Shown here in pieces: positions 30,131 through 40,868 of a DNA stretch of 49,696 bases; the stretch's first letter is position 1, and each line of letters opens with the position of its first letter. The stretch comes from Deltaproteobacteria bacterium (GTDB lineage Bacteria > Desulfobacterota > DSM-4660 > Desulfatiglandales > HGW-15): NCBI GenBank assembly GCA_019307745.1, contig JAFDJA010000002.1:1-49696 (forward strand), written 5' to 3'. Under the pieces are notes generated by a model. That model was not told the DNA's origin and did no database searches. It saw only the letters and a list, made by a program, of their open reading frames with translations. The translations under genes were made by a program, and so were the position numbers.

Positions 30131-30418
30131 TTATTTACAATATGGAAAGGCATGTTTTGGTATAGATGAAAGGCTTTTGACCCCGTAATAGTCGGGTTTT
30201 AAATGGAGTCTATCTGCGATGTTATAGATTTTGATGGCCATTTTTATAAGGTGTCGTTTTTGCCAGCATGTATGACATATGCCCCCTGTAACCTGTACAT
30301 GAGAGTTGTCCTGAATAATGTCACAGCTCTGTACAAGATTGCAATCAGAGCAGACATGTTTGCTCCTTCCTTTGATGCATCCAAATATATTTTCACACAT
30401 TATACAGTGACGTCTCAT
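30131..30418 (-). CDS. Small Cys-rich hypothetical protein (possible metal-binding)
   Basis: Three CxxC motifs (CIMC, CSDC, CHTC) plus single Cys residues; TGGICHTC. Confidence 0.5.
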   Translation of the reverse strand: MRRHCIMCENIFGCIKGRSKHVCSDCNLVQSCDIIQDNSHVQVTGGICHTCWQKRHLIKMAIKIYNIADRLHLKPDYYGVKSLSSIPKHAFPYCK

Positions 30419-30443
30419 GTTTCTTTCCAACCATTTCTGTCTT

Positions 30444-30623
30444 AGGGGCCACTAAAGAAAAACTTGGCTGTTTTCGCGTTCAGTTGCGGGTCAGATTTAG
30501 TTGATCTGATCGAGCAAAATCCCAGGTATGGCAATTCTTTTTCCAGGGCTTTGCGATTGAAAATCAACAAAATTTAACTTGCTGATGAGGTGCGAAAGCA
30601 TAAGGTTTTTTTGAATGAGCCCT
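30444..30623. mobile_element. ~180-bp palindromic MITE-like element
   Basis: Imperfect terminal inverted repeats (AGGGGCCACTAAAGAAAAACTT / AAGGTTTTTTTGAATGAGCCCT) and nested inner pairing (GTTGAT...GCAAAATCCC / GGGCTTTGC...ATCAAC). Confidence 0.45.
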
Positions 30624-31102
30624 TTGTGTTCGCGTGCCCATTTGTTATATCGGCAGGGATTGAACTTTTCTTAAATAAGATCTCATATACATGGTTCCCG
30701 CTATTATAAATGGGCGAATTTTATGCACAACAAATAGTGAGGAACCTTTTTGTTTTTTTCAGCAAAAGAAGGAAAAGAGTTGCTCACACCAAATAACAGG
30801 GGACCCAAATATGCAATTGCAATCGAATTTGGAAATCCAGCACCATATGCTCTGTAATCTTCTTGCTTTGTATGTTAATTATTATAGTGACATGCTCCAA
30901 TATTAGGGATATATTGCTGCAAAAATTATTGATTGAGGTGAGAGGTGTCAGACCCAGATTCTGCATCAGCCTTTTAATGCGGTTTGAAAATTCAATTCCG
31001 ATGTGGCAGGATAAATGTTCTCTGGGCTTCCCTATCCGGCATATGCGGGACATATAATGGGATGATTTCCCCTACAGGCCTGTTCAACAAGGAGTATATC
31101 CA

Positions 31103-31558
31103 ATGAATAACATGCAGAGAACTTTAAAATCATCATTCAGTTTTTTCCCCGAAGACAGGTTAAATATGAATTTCTCCTGGCAGATCTGGTTTGTCGGGTG
31201 GCTAGCTGTTTTTAAGGCGATCCTTTGGCTGACTACCGATCCTGTCATGCCTGCAGGAGATCTACAGGTCCTCTTTTATAAGCATAGCCTCTTCACACTC
31301 CCATTCCTGATATGCGGAATAGGAATATGGAATAAAAGGAAATGGGCAATATTTTCTATTGCGGTTTTATGTACCCTTGAACTCCTGTTTTTTATGATTT
31401 ACCCTGATACCTTGAAGAGCCTTGAGTTGGACAAGACAACATTTATTAGCAGGATTCTCACATTTTCTACATTTGTTATTAATGGATATCTGAGTGGTGT
31501 CTTTATCCTGTGTCTTGTGCCTGCCATGGTAAAACACACAAGGGAAGACATGAGCTGA
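31103..31558 (+). CDS. Hypothetical membrane protein (~4 TM)
   Basis: AAGGAG RBS; four hydrophobic segments. Confidence 0.7.
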   Translation: MNNMQRTLKSSFSFFPEDRLNMNFSWQIWFVGWLAVFKAILWLTTDPVMPAGDLQVLFYKHSLFTLPFLICGIGIWNKRKWAIFSIAVLCTLELLFFMIYPDTLKSLELDKTTFISRILTFSTFVINGYLSGVFILCLVPAMVKHTREDMS

Positions 31559-31772
31559 GTTGTCCGGTTTGAATCCAGATAATGCAGTAGAAATCTACTA
31601 CGGCTTGAGGCGTCCAGAATTTTTAGGTCGTTTGTTTGACAGTGAAGCTGTTTGCAAGCCCATTCTTCAGAGTGGGTTTCCATGTTCAGCGCTTCATTAG
31701 GAAGTCTACTGAATTATTTGCGTTAAAAGAGATAATTTATATCCCTGAGGCATCCTGGCAAATTGGGTTTAT

Positions 31773-32075
31773 ATGACCGGTGATCCTGATAATGGAGAAA
31801 ATGGCATAGTCCGAATATCTATTGACGGAATCCTGGACTTGCATCTGTTTCAGCCCCGGGATGCGGCATCAGTGGTGGATGAATATCTCCGGGCATGTCT
31901 TGAAAAAGGGATTCATGATGTAAGGATCATTCACGGCAAAGGCAAAGGTGTGCTCCGCAGGACAATCCATTCCTTGCTCAAGGACCATCCTTTGGTCGCC
32001 GGGTTCCACCTGGATACTGGGCCCGCAGGCTGGGGAGCAACCCTTGTTCATCTTAAGTCTCCCTCTGACCATTAA
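31773..32075 (+). CDS. Stand-alone Smr (small MutS-related) domain protein
   Basis: LDLH, IIHGKGKGVLR, GWGATLV. Confidence 0.9.
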   Translation: MTGDPDNGENGIVRISIDGILDLHLFQPRDAASVVDEYLRACLEKGIHDVRIIHGKGKGVLRRTIHSLLKDHPLVAGFHLDTGPAGWGATLVHLKSPSDH

Positions 32076-32352
32076 ATTCATCTTGTTAATCTTAGTTGAA
32101 ACTGAAAAAATTGAGCCATAGGCAGCTGATAATAATCCCGCCTCCATTTTTAACACCTGCATATGAATAGCATCATATCATTATCCATCTCATGAAATGC
32201 CATGTTCGGCGGGCCTTTCAGACTGTGAAACTCCTTTCTTTTACCTTGACTATAAACCGTATTTGAATTAAGAAAGAATGCTTAATTTATTGTAATAATT
32301 CGCAAATATTATTAAGGGAAATAACAGCTCAGACAGGTCAATCAGATATATT

Positions 32353-33837
32353 ATGGAAAAAACAAGCACAATAATCGAAGAACGAATGAAAAAGATTGAT
32401 ACGCTGAAGGAGATGGGGATTAATCCTTATCCAGCAGGGTATGAATGCGACACTACAGTATCAGAAATGATATCGCGGTTTAATGATATGGATAATGAAG
32501 ACCTCGAAAAAGAGGTCTCCTCCTTTTCCCTTGCGGGCAGAATTATGGCTATTCGCAGCTTCGGAAAGGCATCATTTATCCATTTCAAGGACAGTACCGG
32601 CCGTCTCCAGGCCTATATTAGAAAGGATAAGGTAGGAGAGGAGTTGTACAAGGTATTCAAACTAATGGATATTGGTGATTTTATAGGTATAAAAGGGTCT
32701 GCTTTCAAGACGAGGACTAATGAGCTTACTATACTCGCCAATGAGATTACGTTATTGTCAAAATCCATGAAACCTCTTCCTGAGAAATGGCATGGGCTTA
32801 CTGATGTGGAGACGAGGTATAGACAGCGTTATCTGGACCTTGTGGTTAATGATCAGGTCATGGATGTTTTTATAATGAGAAGTCGAATAATACAGACTGT
32901 GAGAAATTTTTTCCTGGATAAAGGATTTCTCGAGGTCGAAACACCTATGATGCAGCCTATACCAGGCGGAGCTACGGCCAGGCCCTTTAAGACATTTCAT
33001 AATGCCCTGGGAATGGATCTCTATTTGAGGATAGCGCCGGAGCTGTATCTAAAAAGACTGGTCGTCGGAGGCTTGGAAAGGGTATTTGAGATAAACCGCA
33101 ACTTCAGAAATGAAGGTATATCTGTCCAGCATAATCCAGAGTTCACCATGATTGAATTCTATATGGCCTATGCCACCTATGAAAATCTGATAACACTTAC
33201 TGAAGAACTGTTTAATCAGGTCCTCCAGGAGACATTGGGAACCAATGTTATTGAATATCAGGGACAGACCCTGGATTTTACTCCTCCCTGGACAAGGATA
33301 TCCCTGCATGATTCAATCAGGGATATAGGCGGAGTCGATGAAAAGGTCCTAAAGGATATGGATGCAGCTGTAAAATTCGCTGAATCCAATAATATTCCTG
33401 TATCTAGAAAAGATGGCCACGGGAAGATCCTTGCCAAGATATTTGACCAGTTTGTAGAGCCTGAATTGATAAATCCCACATTTATTACTGAATATCCCGC
33501 GGAAATCTCTCCCTTGTCCAGGAGGAATGACCAGAATCCCGGTCTGACAGACAGATTCGAACTCTTTATTGCAGGCAGAGAGATAGCCAATGCATTTACT
33601 GAGTTGAATGATCCTGTTGACCAGCATGAAAGATTCATGCACCAGGTTGATCTCCGCGAGTCAGGAGATGAAGAGGCTCAGTACATGGATGCGGATTATA
33701 TTACAGCCCTGGAGCACGGTCTTCCTCCCACAGCTGGAGAAGGGATAGGGATTGACAGGGTCATCATGCTGCTGACAGATTCTCCTTCCATCAGGGACGT
33801 CATATTTTTTCCCCATATGAGATCTAGACAGGACTGA
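32353..33837 (+). CDS. lysS: Lysine--tRNA ligase (class II)
   Basis: RYRQRYLDL, GGATARPF, LRIAPELYLKRL, FRNEG...HNPEF, GIGIDR. Confidence 0.98.
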   Translation: MEKTSTIIEERMKKIDTLKEMGINPYPAGYECDTTVSEMISRFNDMDNEDLEKEVSSFSLAGRIMAIRSFGKASFIHFKDSTGRLQAYIRKDKVGEELYKVFKLMDIGDFIGIKGSAFKTRTNELTILANEITLLSKSMKPLPEKWHGLTDVETRYRQRYLDLVVNDQVMDVFIMRSRIIQTVRNFFLDKGFLEVETPMMQPIPGGATARPFKTFHNALGMDLYLRIAPELYLKRLVVGGLERVFEINRNFRNEGISVQHNPEFTMIEFYMAYATYENLITLTEELFNQVLQETLGTNVIEYQGQTLDFTPPWTRISLHDSIRDIGGVDEKVLKDMDAAVKFAESNNIPVSRKDGHGKILAKIFDQFVEPELINPTFITEYPAEISPLSRRNDQNPGLTDRFELFIAGREIANAFTELNDPVDQHERFMHQVDLRESGDEEAQYMDADYITALEHGLPPTAGEGIGIDRVIMLLTDSPSIRDVIFFPHMRSRQD

Positions 33838-33900
33838 CAACCCACGCATTAATTTTTAACAGCCGGTTCCTGATATCATAGATACCGGCAACAGGTCATT

Positions 33901-35127
33901 ATGGTTTTTGAATTGTTTTTAGGGAAAAGATATCTGAAGGCCAAACGCAAACAGGCCTTCATCTCTATTATTACTATTATTTCTGTAATAGGTGTAATGG
34001 TCGGCGTAATGGCCCTTATAGTTGTATTATCCGTGATGAATGGTTTTCATGAGGACTTGAAATCCAAAATGCTGGGAGTAAACTCTCATCTTCAGATCAG
34101 GAGTTATGAGGGGGAAATCAGGGACTATAAGGAAATAATACAGGATATCAGCGGAGCAGAAGGTGTTGTTGCCATGACACCTTTTATTTTGAGCCAGGTT
34201 ATGGTGGATAATCTGGGGCATGCTTCAGGAGCCATATTCAAGGGGATTGATACCCGGAGCGCCGGCAGTGTCACAGATATAGAATCTATGATTACTGAAG
34301 GGTTTTTGTCTTCACTTGATGAAAGAAAGGATGGACTTCCAGGGATTGTCATTGGTAAGGAACTGGCCAGACAGTTAAGTGCCTTACCCGGAGATATACT
34401 AACCATAATTTCACCCCGGGGAAAATTGACACCTTTGGGTCGAACTCCCAACAGTCAAAAATTCATTGTTACCGCCCTTTTCAACTCTGGAATGCTTGAA
34501 TATGATGTATCCATGGCATATGTATCCCTGGAAAACGCGCAGGAATTTATGGGAATACCGGATAGAATAACAGGGATTGAGATTAAAGTCAGTGAGCTTG
34601 AAAATGCGGATCTTATAGGTTTATCACTTCAGGAAAAATTGGGATACCCGTTCTGGATGCAGGATTGGAAGGCCCGTAATTCCAGCTTTTATTCTGCTTT
34701 GGAGCTGGAAAAACTCGTAATGGAAATTATCCTGGCCATGATAGTTCTTGTCGCGGCCCTGAACATTATAAGCAGCCTTGTGATGATAGTAATGGAAAAG
34801 GGCCGAGATGTGGCCATTCTGAGGACGATGGGAGCCTCCAGGTTGAGTATAATGACTATCTTTGTATTTCAGGGAACACTTGTGGGTGTTATAGGAACCA
34901 TAGTTGGTATGTTTTCAGGCCTTGGGATCTGTCATCTGATAGCTAATTATTGGCACATAGAAATTCCAACAGATTTCTATGGGCTAACAACCTTGCCGGT
35001 TCTAGTGAAACCAATGGATGTAATGTTTGTGACTGTGGCAGCCATAATAATATCTTTTTTTGCAACTATTTATCCATCCTGGTATGCCTCACAGCTGAAT
35101 CCGGTTGAAACCCTGAGATATGAATAA
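33901..35127 (+). CDS. lolE: Lipoprotein-releasing ABC permease LolC/E
   Basis: ALIVVLSVMNGF, VAALNIISSLVMIVMEK, NPVETLRYE. Confidence 0.92.
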   Translation: MVFELFLGKRYLKAKRKQAFISIITIISVIGVMVGVMALIVVLSVMNGFHEDLKSKMLGVNSHLQIRSYEGEIRDYKEIIQDISGAEGVVAMTPFILSQVMVDNLGHASGAIFKGIDTRSAGSVTDIESMITEGFLSSLDERKDGLPGIVIGKELARQLSALPGDILTIISPRGKLTPLGRTPNSQKFIVTALFNSGMLEYDVSMAYVSLENAQEFMGIPDRITGIEIKVSELENADLIGLSLQEKLGYPFWMQDWKARNSSFYSALELEKLVMEIILAMIVLVAALNIISSLVMIVMEKGRDVAILRTMGASRLSIMTIFVFQGTLVGVIGTIVGMFSGLGICHLIANYWHIEIPTDFYGLTTLPVLVKPMDVMFVTVAAIIISFFATIYPSWYASQLNPVETLRYE

Positions 35128-35144
35128 TTCCAGATGATTTTTTT

Positions 35145-35819
35145 TTGAGGATCAAAGTGCTCGAGCTTAAAGATATTCATAAGTCATTCAAACAGAACGG
35201 GAATGTGATACAGGTCCTGAACGGGATAAATATGAAGGTAAATCCTGGAGAGAGCGTGGCTATCATGGGCGCATCCGGTGTGGGGAAATCCACACTTTTA
35301 AATGTCATGGGAACCCTGGAGCCTCCCACCCATGGTGAAGTCTTTTTGGGTGGAAATAATCTCTATGCTATGCGTGAATCAGAGCTGAATCGGTTAAGAA
35401 ACCGAAAAATAGGATTTGTCTTCCAGTTTCATCACCTGCTCCCGGAATTCAATGCAATTGAAAACACTATTATGCCAGCACTTATTGCCAGGATAAACAA
35501 AGATGAGGCAGAGGAAACTGCCAGGGATATCCTCTCAAAGGTAGGCCTTCAAAACAGACTGAATCACAGGATTGGCGAACTGTCCGGAGGCGAGCAGCAG
35601 CGGGTAGCCATCGCTAGGGCCTTGATTATGAAACCCCGGCTGCTGCTTGCTGATGAACCTACGGGAAATCTTGATAGGGTAACCGGCGGGGAGGTGATAG
35701 ACCTCCTTTTACGTCTGAGAGAGGAATCTGATCTGGGTATGGTTATAGCAACACACAACCAGAAATTTGCGGAAAAGATGTCAAGACTCATGGAGATTGT
35801 GGATGGCCGGATTCAATAG
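35145..35819 (+). CDS. lolD: Lipoprotein-releasing ABC ATP-binding protein
   Basis: GASGVGKST, GFVFQFHHLLPEF, LSGGEQQRVAIAR, ADEPTGNLD. Confidence 0.92.
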   Translation: MRIKVLELKDIHKSFKQNGNVIQVLNGINMKVNPGESVAIMGASGVGKSTLLNVMGTLEPPTHGEVFLGGNNLYAMRESELNRLRNRKIGFVFQFHHLLPEFNAIENTIMPALIARINKDEAEETARDILSKVGLQNRLNHRIGELSGGEQQRVAIARALIMKPRLLLADEPTGNLDRVTGGEVIDLLLRLREESDLGMVIATHNQKFAEKMSRLMEIVDGRIQ

Positions 35820-38577
35820 CTGGTTCAGAACAGATAGATCCGGCAGAAAAACATCAAGGCGTTTTGTTGATATGACTGTTATCCTGTTTGTGCTGCTATC
35901 CTGCCTTATAATAGCTGCACCTGGTCATGCAACCGTAGAGGAGAGTATTGCCGTACTTCCTTTTAACACTGGTTCCGGTGCCATGGAGGATCTTTCCTAT
36001 GAGATGCAGGCTATGCTCATAATGGACCTGAAAGAGAAGGGATTAGATGTTATTGGGGCAGACAGGGTCAACGGCTATTCAAAATCTTTTAAAACGGATC
36101 TCACCCGGGAGGATATTATAGAGATTCAAAAGGGATTGGAGGCGGACTGGCTAATCCTGGGAAACCTTGTCCAGACAGGGGTAATGACGAATCTTGCTAT
36201 CAAGGCCATACACTTTGGTTCTGCTGATGCCCCGATTCTCATCTCACTTGTGGATGACAGCCCGGACGGACTTGACGGACTGTCTGAAAAAGTTGCCGTT
36301 GCTATCAGTGATAATATTAAGGGGATCATCCGGATCTCTTCCATTCAGATCAAAGGAAACAGACGTGTTGAAGGTGATGCCATACTGGCAGTTATAGAGA
36401 GCAGGGAGGGGGGGAAATATGACCCTGAGCTCCTTGACCGTGATTTGCGTTTTATCTTCCAGATGGGGTATTTTAAGAATGTAAATATCGTGGCCGAGGA
36501 AGGTCCTGAAGGCAAAATAGTCATAATCGAAGTCCTGGAAAAACCATCCATAGGCCAGATCTCATTTGAAGAAAATGATGTGATGAGGGATAATTTACTG
36601 GAAGAGGAGATCGCAATAAAGAGGTTTTCTATTCTGGATCATACGGAGATAATGCAAAACATCAATATGCTGAAGGATTTCTATCAGCGTAAGGCCTACT
36701 ATAACATTGAAGTCACATACAGGATTGAGGAACTGCCCAATAATGAAGTCACATTGATCTTTGTCATAGATGAAGGTGAAAAGGTACATGTCAGAAATAT
36801 CAGATTCATAGGGAATGTAAAATTTGATGATGATGATTTGAAGGATGAAATAAAGACCAATGAAAAGGGTTTCTGGTTTTGGCTCACCCAATCTGGAAAA
36901 CTTGACAGGACTGAGCTGGAATTTGACATTGCACAGCTGAAAGCATTTTATCAGAGACAGGGCTATAAAAATTCAAATGTAGGAGATCCTGAAATAACCT
37001 ATGATGAAAAGACAGGCCTGACCATAACCATAGAGATCACTGAGGGTGAGCAGTACACTGTCAACGATATCAATTTTGAGGGCGATCTGATAAAACCGGA
37101 ATGGTTGCTCCTTAATGCGTTAAGTCTACAAAAGGATGATATATATAACCCTGAAATCTTATATGAGGATGTGCAATCGATCAAGACAATATATGGGAAT
37201 GAGGGGTATGCTTATACAGATGTTGAGATATTTACCAATGACAGTGATGAGTCCGGCAGGGTGGACATTACCTATGATATTGAGAAAAAAAAGCAGGTCT
37301 ATGTTGAAAGGATTAATATCACGGGGAATAGCAAGACCAGAGACAATGTAATACGAAGGGAATTTGAGATTGTTGAATCTGAGCTTTTTAGCTATACCGG
37401 GATCAAGGAGAGCCAGATGAATCTCTACCGCCTTGGTTTTTTTGAGGAGATAGAGTTAACTCAACAGGAAGGAATCAGGGATGACCTTGTAACCCTGGGT
37501 ATAAATGTGAAGGAGAGAGCCACTGGATCATTAAGTGCTGGAATAGGGTACAGTTCCTATGATGGATTTAATTCAACATTTCAATTGTCCCAGGAAAATC
37601 TTTTCGGTAGAGGACAGAAACTTGCGGCCTCCGCCAGTTTTGGAAAACGGACGAGGCAGTATGATATAAGTTTCACTGAACCATGGTTTCTGGGCAAAAG
37701 ACTGTCAGCAGGATTTGATATCTATGATATCAAGAACGAGTACGATGAATATACAAAGGAAAGTTTTGGAGGCTCGCTCCGTTTTGGGTTTCCCATCTCT
37801 AAGATAGATAAATTCACATGGGGTATAGTAAGATACGCGTATGACGAGGCTTTTATAACCATAGACAATTATATAAATGAGGAGGCAGGATATTATCCTG
37901 ATACTCCGTCTTCTCTTGGGGGGGGGAATTCAGAGGCAATCCTGGATATGGAGGGCCAGCATGTTACAAGGAGCCTCTCCCTGGGGTTGAGCCGTAGCTC
38001 AAAGGATCATCCATGGAATACCACCAGGGGATCTATCAATAAAATTACGTTTGAGACGGCTGGAGGCATCTTAAAAGGGGATGTTGCATATAATAAATAC
38101 GAGGCAAGATCAGCCTGGTACTTTCCTATATGGTGGGACCATGTCTATGTGATTCAGGGCAGGGCAGGGCTTGTTCATGAAAAGCCCGGCGGGACACTTC
38201 CTGTATACAAGAAATTCACATTAGGCGGAATGAATACTGTAAGGGGATATAGATATGGTACAATATCTCCCATGGATGGTAATGACAGAATTGGTGGTGA
38301 GATTATGTGGGTGGCCAACCTTGAATACAGAATCCCTCTTATAAAAGACGCAGGTGTGGTTGCCCTCTTTTTTGTAGACCTGGGAGGTGTTTCCACGTTG
38401 GAGGAGGGTTTTATATTTGATGGAGCCCCGGAAAACGGGTCAAGGGGATCAATCGGGACCGGGTTCCGATGGTATTCTCCTGTGGGGCCGCTTCGTCTGG
38501 AATTCGGGAAAAAGATGAACAGGCGTGAAGGCGAGTCCGCTGGGAATTGGGAGTTTACAATCGGGGGTTTATTGTAG
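35803..38577 (+). CDS. bamA: Outer membrane protein assembly factor BamA with an extra N-terminal domain
   Basis: POTRA repeats (IQIKGNRRV, ITGNSKTRDNVIRRE), barrel motifs VRGY and WYSPVGPLR. Start uncertain (35803 has a GGAG RBS; 35872 is an alternative). Confidence 0.93.
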   Translation: MAGFNSWFRTDRSGRKTSRRFVDMTVILFVLLSCLIIAAPGHATVEESIAVLPFNTGSGAMEDLSYEMQAMLIMDLKEKGLDVIGADRVNGYSKSFKTDLTREDIIEIQKGLEADWLILGNLVQTGVMTNLAIKAIHFGSADAPILISLVDDSPDGLDGLSEKVAVAISDNIKGIIRISSIQIKGNRRVEGDAILAVIESREGGKYDPELLDRDLRFIFQMGYFKNVNIVAEEGPEGKIVIIEVLEKPSIGQISFEENDVMRDNLLEEEIAIKRFSILDHTEIMQNINMLKDFYQRKAYYNIEVTYRIEELPNNEVTLIFVIDEGEKVHVRNIRFIGNVKFDDDDLKDEIKTNEKGFWFWLTQSGKLDRTELEFDIAQLKAFYQRQGYKNSNVGDPEITYDEKTGLTITIEITEGEQYTVNDINFEGDLIKPEWLLLNALSLQKDDIYNPEILYEDVQSIKTIYGNEGYAYTDVEIFTNDSDESGRVDITYDIEKKKQVYVERINITGNSKTRDNVIRREFEIVESELFSYTGIKESQMNLYRLGFFEEIELTQQEGIRDDLVTLGINVKERATGSLSAGIGYSSYDGFNSTFQLSQENLFGRGQKLAASASFGKRTRQYDISFTEPWFLGKRLSAGFDIYDIKNEYDEYTKESFGGSLRFGFPISKIDKFTWGIVRYAYDEAFITIDNYINEEAGYYPDTPSSLGGGNSEAILDMEGQHVTRSLSLGLSRSSKDHPWNTTRGSINKITFETAGGILKGDVAYNKYEARSAWYFPIWWDHVYVIQGRAGLVHEKPGGTLPVYKKFTLGGMNTVRGYRYGTISPMDGNDRIGGEIMWVANLEYRIPLIKDAGVVALFFVDLGGVSTLEEGFIFDGAPENGSRGSIGTGFRWYSPVGPLRLEFGKKMNRREGESAGNWEFTIGGLL

Positions 38578-38643
38578 GAGATTAATGTGATAGAGCCTGA
38601 ATCGTTCAGTCAATAAATTGTGATCCATTTTAAGGGAGGAAGT

Positions 38644-39186
38644 ATGAAGCATCTATTAAAAATAATAATGGGAATGATCCTTGTGGTAATGCTCTGTCAA
38701 AATGTATTGGCAGAAACTATTCCAAAGATAGCAATTGTGAATTTTCAGAAATGTATTGAAGGATCCCATGAAGGTCAGAAAAGGATTCAGGAATTAAAGG
38801 TTACACAGGAGGCTATTCAGCAGACTATAAAAGCAAAGGAGAGTGTCCTGAAGGGTCTGCAGATGGAGCTGGAAACAGGGTCGATGATGCTAAGCGCGGA
38901 GCAGATTACCTTAAAAGAAAATGAACTCAAAGAAAAATACGCTGAATACCAGACCTTTGTGCAGGAAAAAACAAAGGAGATGAATGCTGCTCATTCTGTA
39001 GCAAATGAAGCAGTAATAAAAGATCTTCTGAAAATTATTGAGAGGATTTCCAAAGAGGAAGAGTATGATATTGTCCTGAACAAAGATGCCAATATTTCAG
39101 GAATAGTGTTGTATGCTGATGATGGTCTGGATATTTCTGACAGAATAATTGTAGAATATAACAAGCTGAAACCTGTCCAGAAATAA
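38644..39186 (+). CDS. skp: Periplasmic chaperone Skp/OmpH
   Basis: Signal peptide, KIAIVN, long coiled coil, VLYADDGLDISDRII; located between bamA and lpxD. Confidence 0.88.
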   Translation: MKHLLKIIMGMILVVMLCQNVLAETIPKIAIVNFQKCIEGSHEGQKRIQELKVTQEAIQQTIKAKESVLKGLQMELETGSMMLSAEQITLKENELKEKYAEYQTFVQEKTKEMNAAHSVANEAVIKDLLKIIERISKEEEYDIVLNKDANISGIVLYADDGLDISDRIIVEYNKLKPVQK

Positions 39187-39246
39187 TCCTGGTCTGGGAT
39201 TCGAATCCTTTTTGTTTCTTGAATTGGAATATACCAGGAGGCTGTT

Positions 39247-40272
39247 GTGGAAAAGAGACTCAAATATATAGCAGATCTGGTTAAGGGAAAGATTGTTGGA
39301 GACGAAGACCTTATAATTAATGGCGTTAATTCTTTGGACAGGGCTTCTCAAGGAGATATTTCATCCCTTTTTGATAACAGCTACAAGGACCTCGCCACAC
39401 AGACAAAGGCCTCTGCCCTCCTTGTATCTGAAGAACTTGACCTATTTGAAGGCCCTCAGGTTGTGGTTGATAATCCCAAACTGGCATATGCCAGGATATC
39501 AGCAGTTTTTGCGCCTCCTGTTCCAAGGTTTCCTGGTATAAGCAAGGATGCCGTGATAGACAAAACCGCTGTAATAGGAAACCAGGTTTCTGTCTACCCC
39601 ATGGCCTATGTGGGGAAGAATGCCGTCATTGGTGACAACACAATAATTTTCCCCGGTGCTATTATCGGAGAAGAGGCAAAGGTTGGGAGCAATACGGTTA
39701 TCTTTCCCAACGTCAGTATAATGCATGGGTGTATAATCGGAAGCAATGTGATAATAAATGCGGGAAGCGTTATTGGAGGTGATGGTTTCGGTTTTGTAAA
39801 GGACAATTCAGAAAATATCAAGATTCCACAGGCAGGTATTGTTCAGATCGATGATAATGTTGAGATAGGAGCCAACAATACGATTGACCGTGCGGCAGTG
39901 GGTAAGACATGGATAAAAAGGGGGGTCAAAACCGACAATCTTGTGCATATTGCCCATAATGTGGTCATTGGAGAAGATTCTCTTATTGTAGGGCAGGCAG
40001 GGATCGCGGGGAGTACGGTACTGGGACGTGAAGTGATCATCAGCTCCCAATCAGGGGTTATAGACCACACGGATATTGGAGATAAAGCAATAATAGGTCC
40101 AAGATCCGGGGTTGTCAAACGTGTACCGGCAGGCGAGGTGGTAACAGGATATCCGGCCGTGCCTCACCGTTCATGGTTGAGGATGACCAGCTTGACAGCA
40201 AGACTTCCCAAACTCCTGGACCGCCTGAAAGAGCTGGAAAAAAGGGTTGAAGAATTGGAAAACAGGCAATAA
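39247..40272 (+). CDS. lpxD: UDP-3-O-acylglucosamine N-acyltransferase
   Basis: Hexapeptide repeats, DGFGF, KIPQAG, VEIGAN...IDR, KTDNLVHIAHN. Confidence 0.95.
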   Translation: MEKRLKYIADLVKGKIVGDEDLIINGVNSLDRASQGDISSLFDNSYKDLATQTKASALLVSEELDLFEGPQVVVDNPKLAYARISAVFAPPVPRFPGISKDAVIDKTAVIGNQVSVYPMAYVGKNAVIGDNTIIFPGAIIGEEAKVGSNTVIFPNVSIMHGCIIGSNVIINAGSVIGGDGFGFVKDNSENIKIPQAGIVQIDDNVEIGANNTIDRAAVGKTWIKRGVKTDNLVHIAHNVVIGEDSLIVGQAGIAGSTVLGREVIISSQSGVIDHTDIGDKAIIGPRSGVVKRVPAGEVVTGYPAVPHRSWLRMTSLTARLPKLLDRLKELEKRVEELENRQ

Positions 40273-40392
40273 ATCAACCTTGACTTCGATGAAGATTTTA
40301 AATTCTTCAGGTCCCGCAAGACCGGGCTGATGACGGAATGCCAGCTTACTTTCAGTATGATAATGAAATCAGAGTAAAGAGGGAGAAACCAT

Positions 40393-40845
40393 ATGGAACT
40401 GCCAATCAATTATAAGGAGATAGTGAAATTACTTCCACATCGTTATCCATTTCTGCTTGTTGACAGGATTATAGAACTTGACCTTGGAGAAAAGGTGACA
40501 GGGATCAAGAACGTCACGAGTAATGAGCATTTTTTTCAGGGACATTTTCCAGATAATCCTGTAATGCCTGGTGTCCTGATAATCGAGGCCATGGCCCAGG
40601 TAGGAGGTATTCTGGCCCGACTCTCCATTGAAGACGAAATGAAGGATAAGGGCGACACCCCTCCGTCAATATTTTTCATGTCGATTGATAAAGTCAAATT
40701 TCGCAAACCAGTAATCCCGGGAGATCAGCTTGTCATCGAGGTCAAGCCCATCAGGACAGGATCAAGAGTCTGGAAGATGGAAGGAAGAAGCTTTGTTGAA
40801 GGGGCACTGGTTTCACAGGCGGAATTTATGGCTGCAATACAGTAA
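40393..40845 (+). CDS. fabZ: 3-hydroxyacyl-ACP dehydratase
   Basis: LPHRYPFLLVDR, FFQGHFP, MPGVLIIEAMAQ. Confidence 0.96.
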   Translation: MELPINYKEIVKLLPHRYPFLLVDRIIELDLGEKVTGIKNVTSNEHFFQGHFPDNPVMPGVLIIEAMAQVGGILARLSIEDEMKDKGDTPPSIFFMSIDKVKFRKPVIPGDQLVIEVKPIRTGSRVWKMEGRSFVEGALVSQAEFMAAIQ

Positions 40846-40868
40846 TACCCTTACTATGGAGCGTAAAA

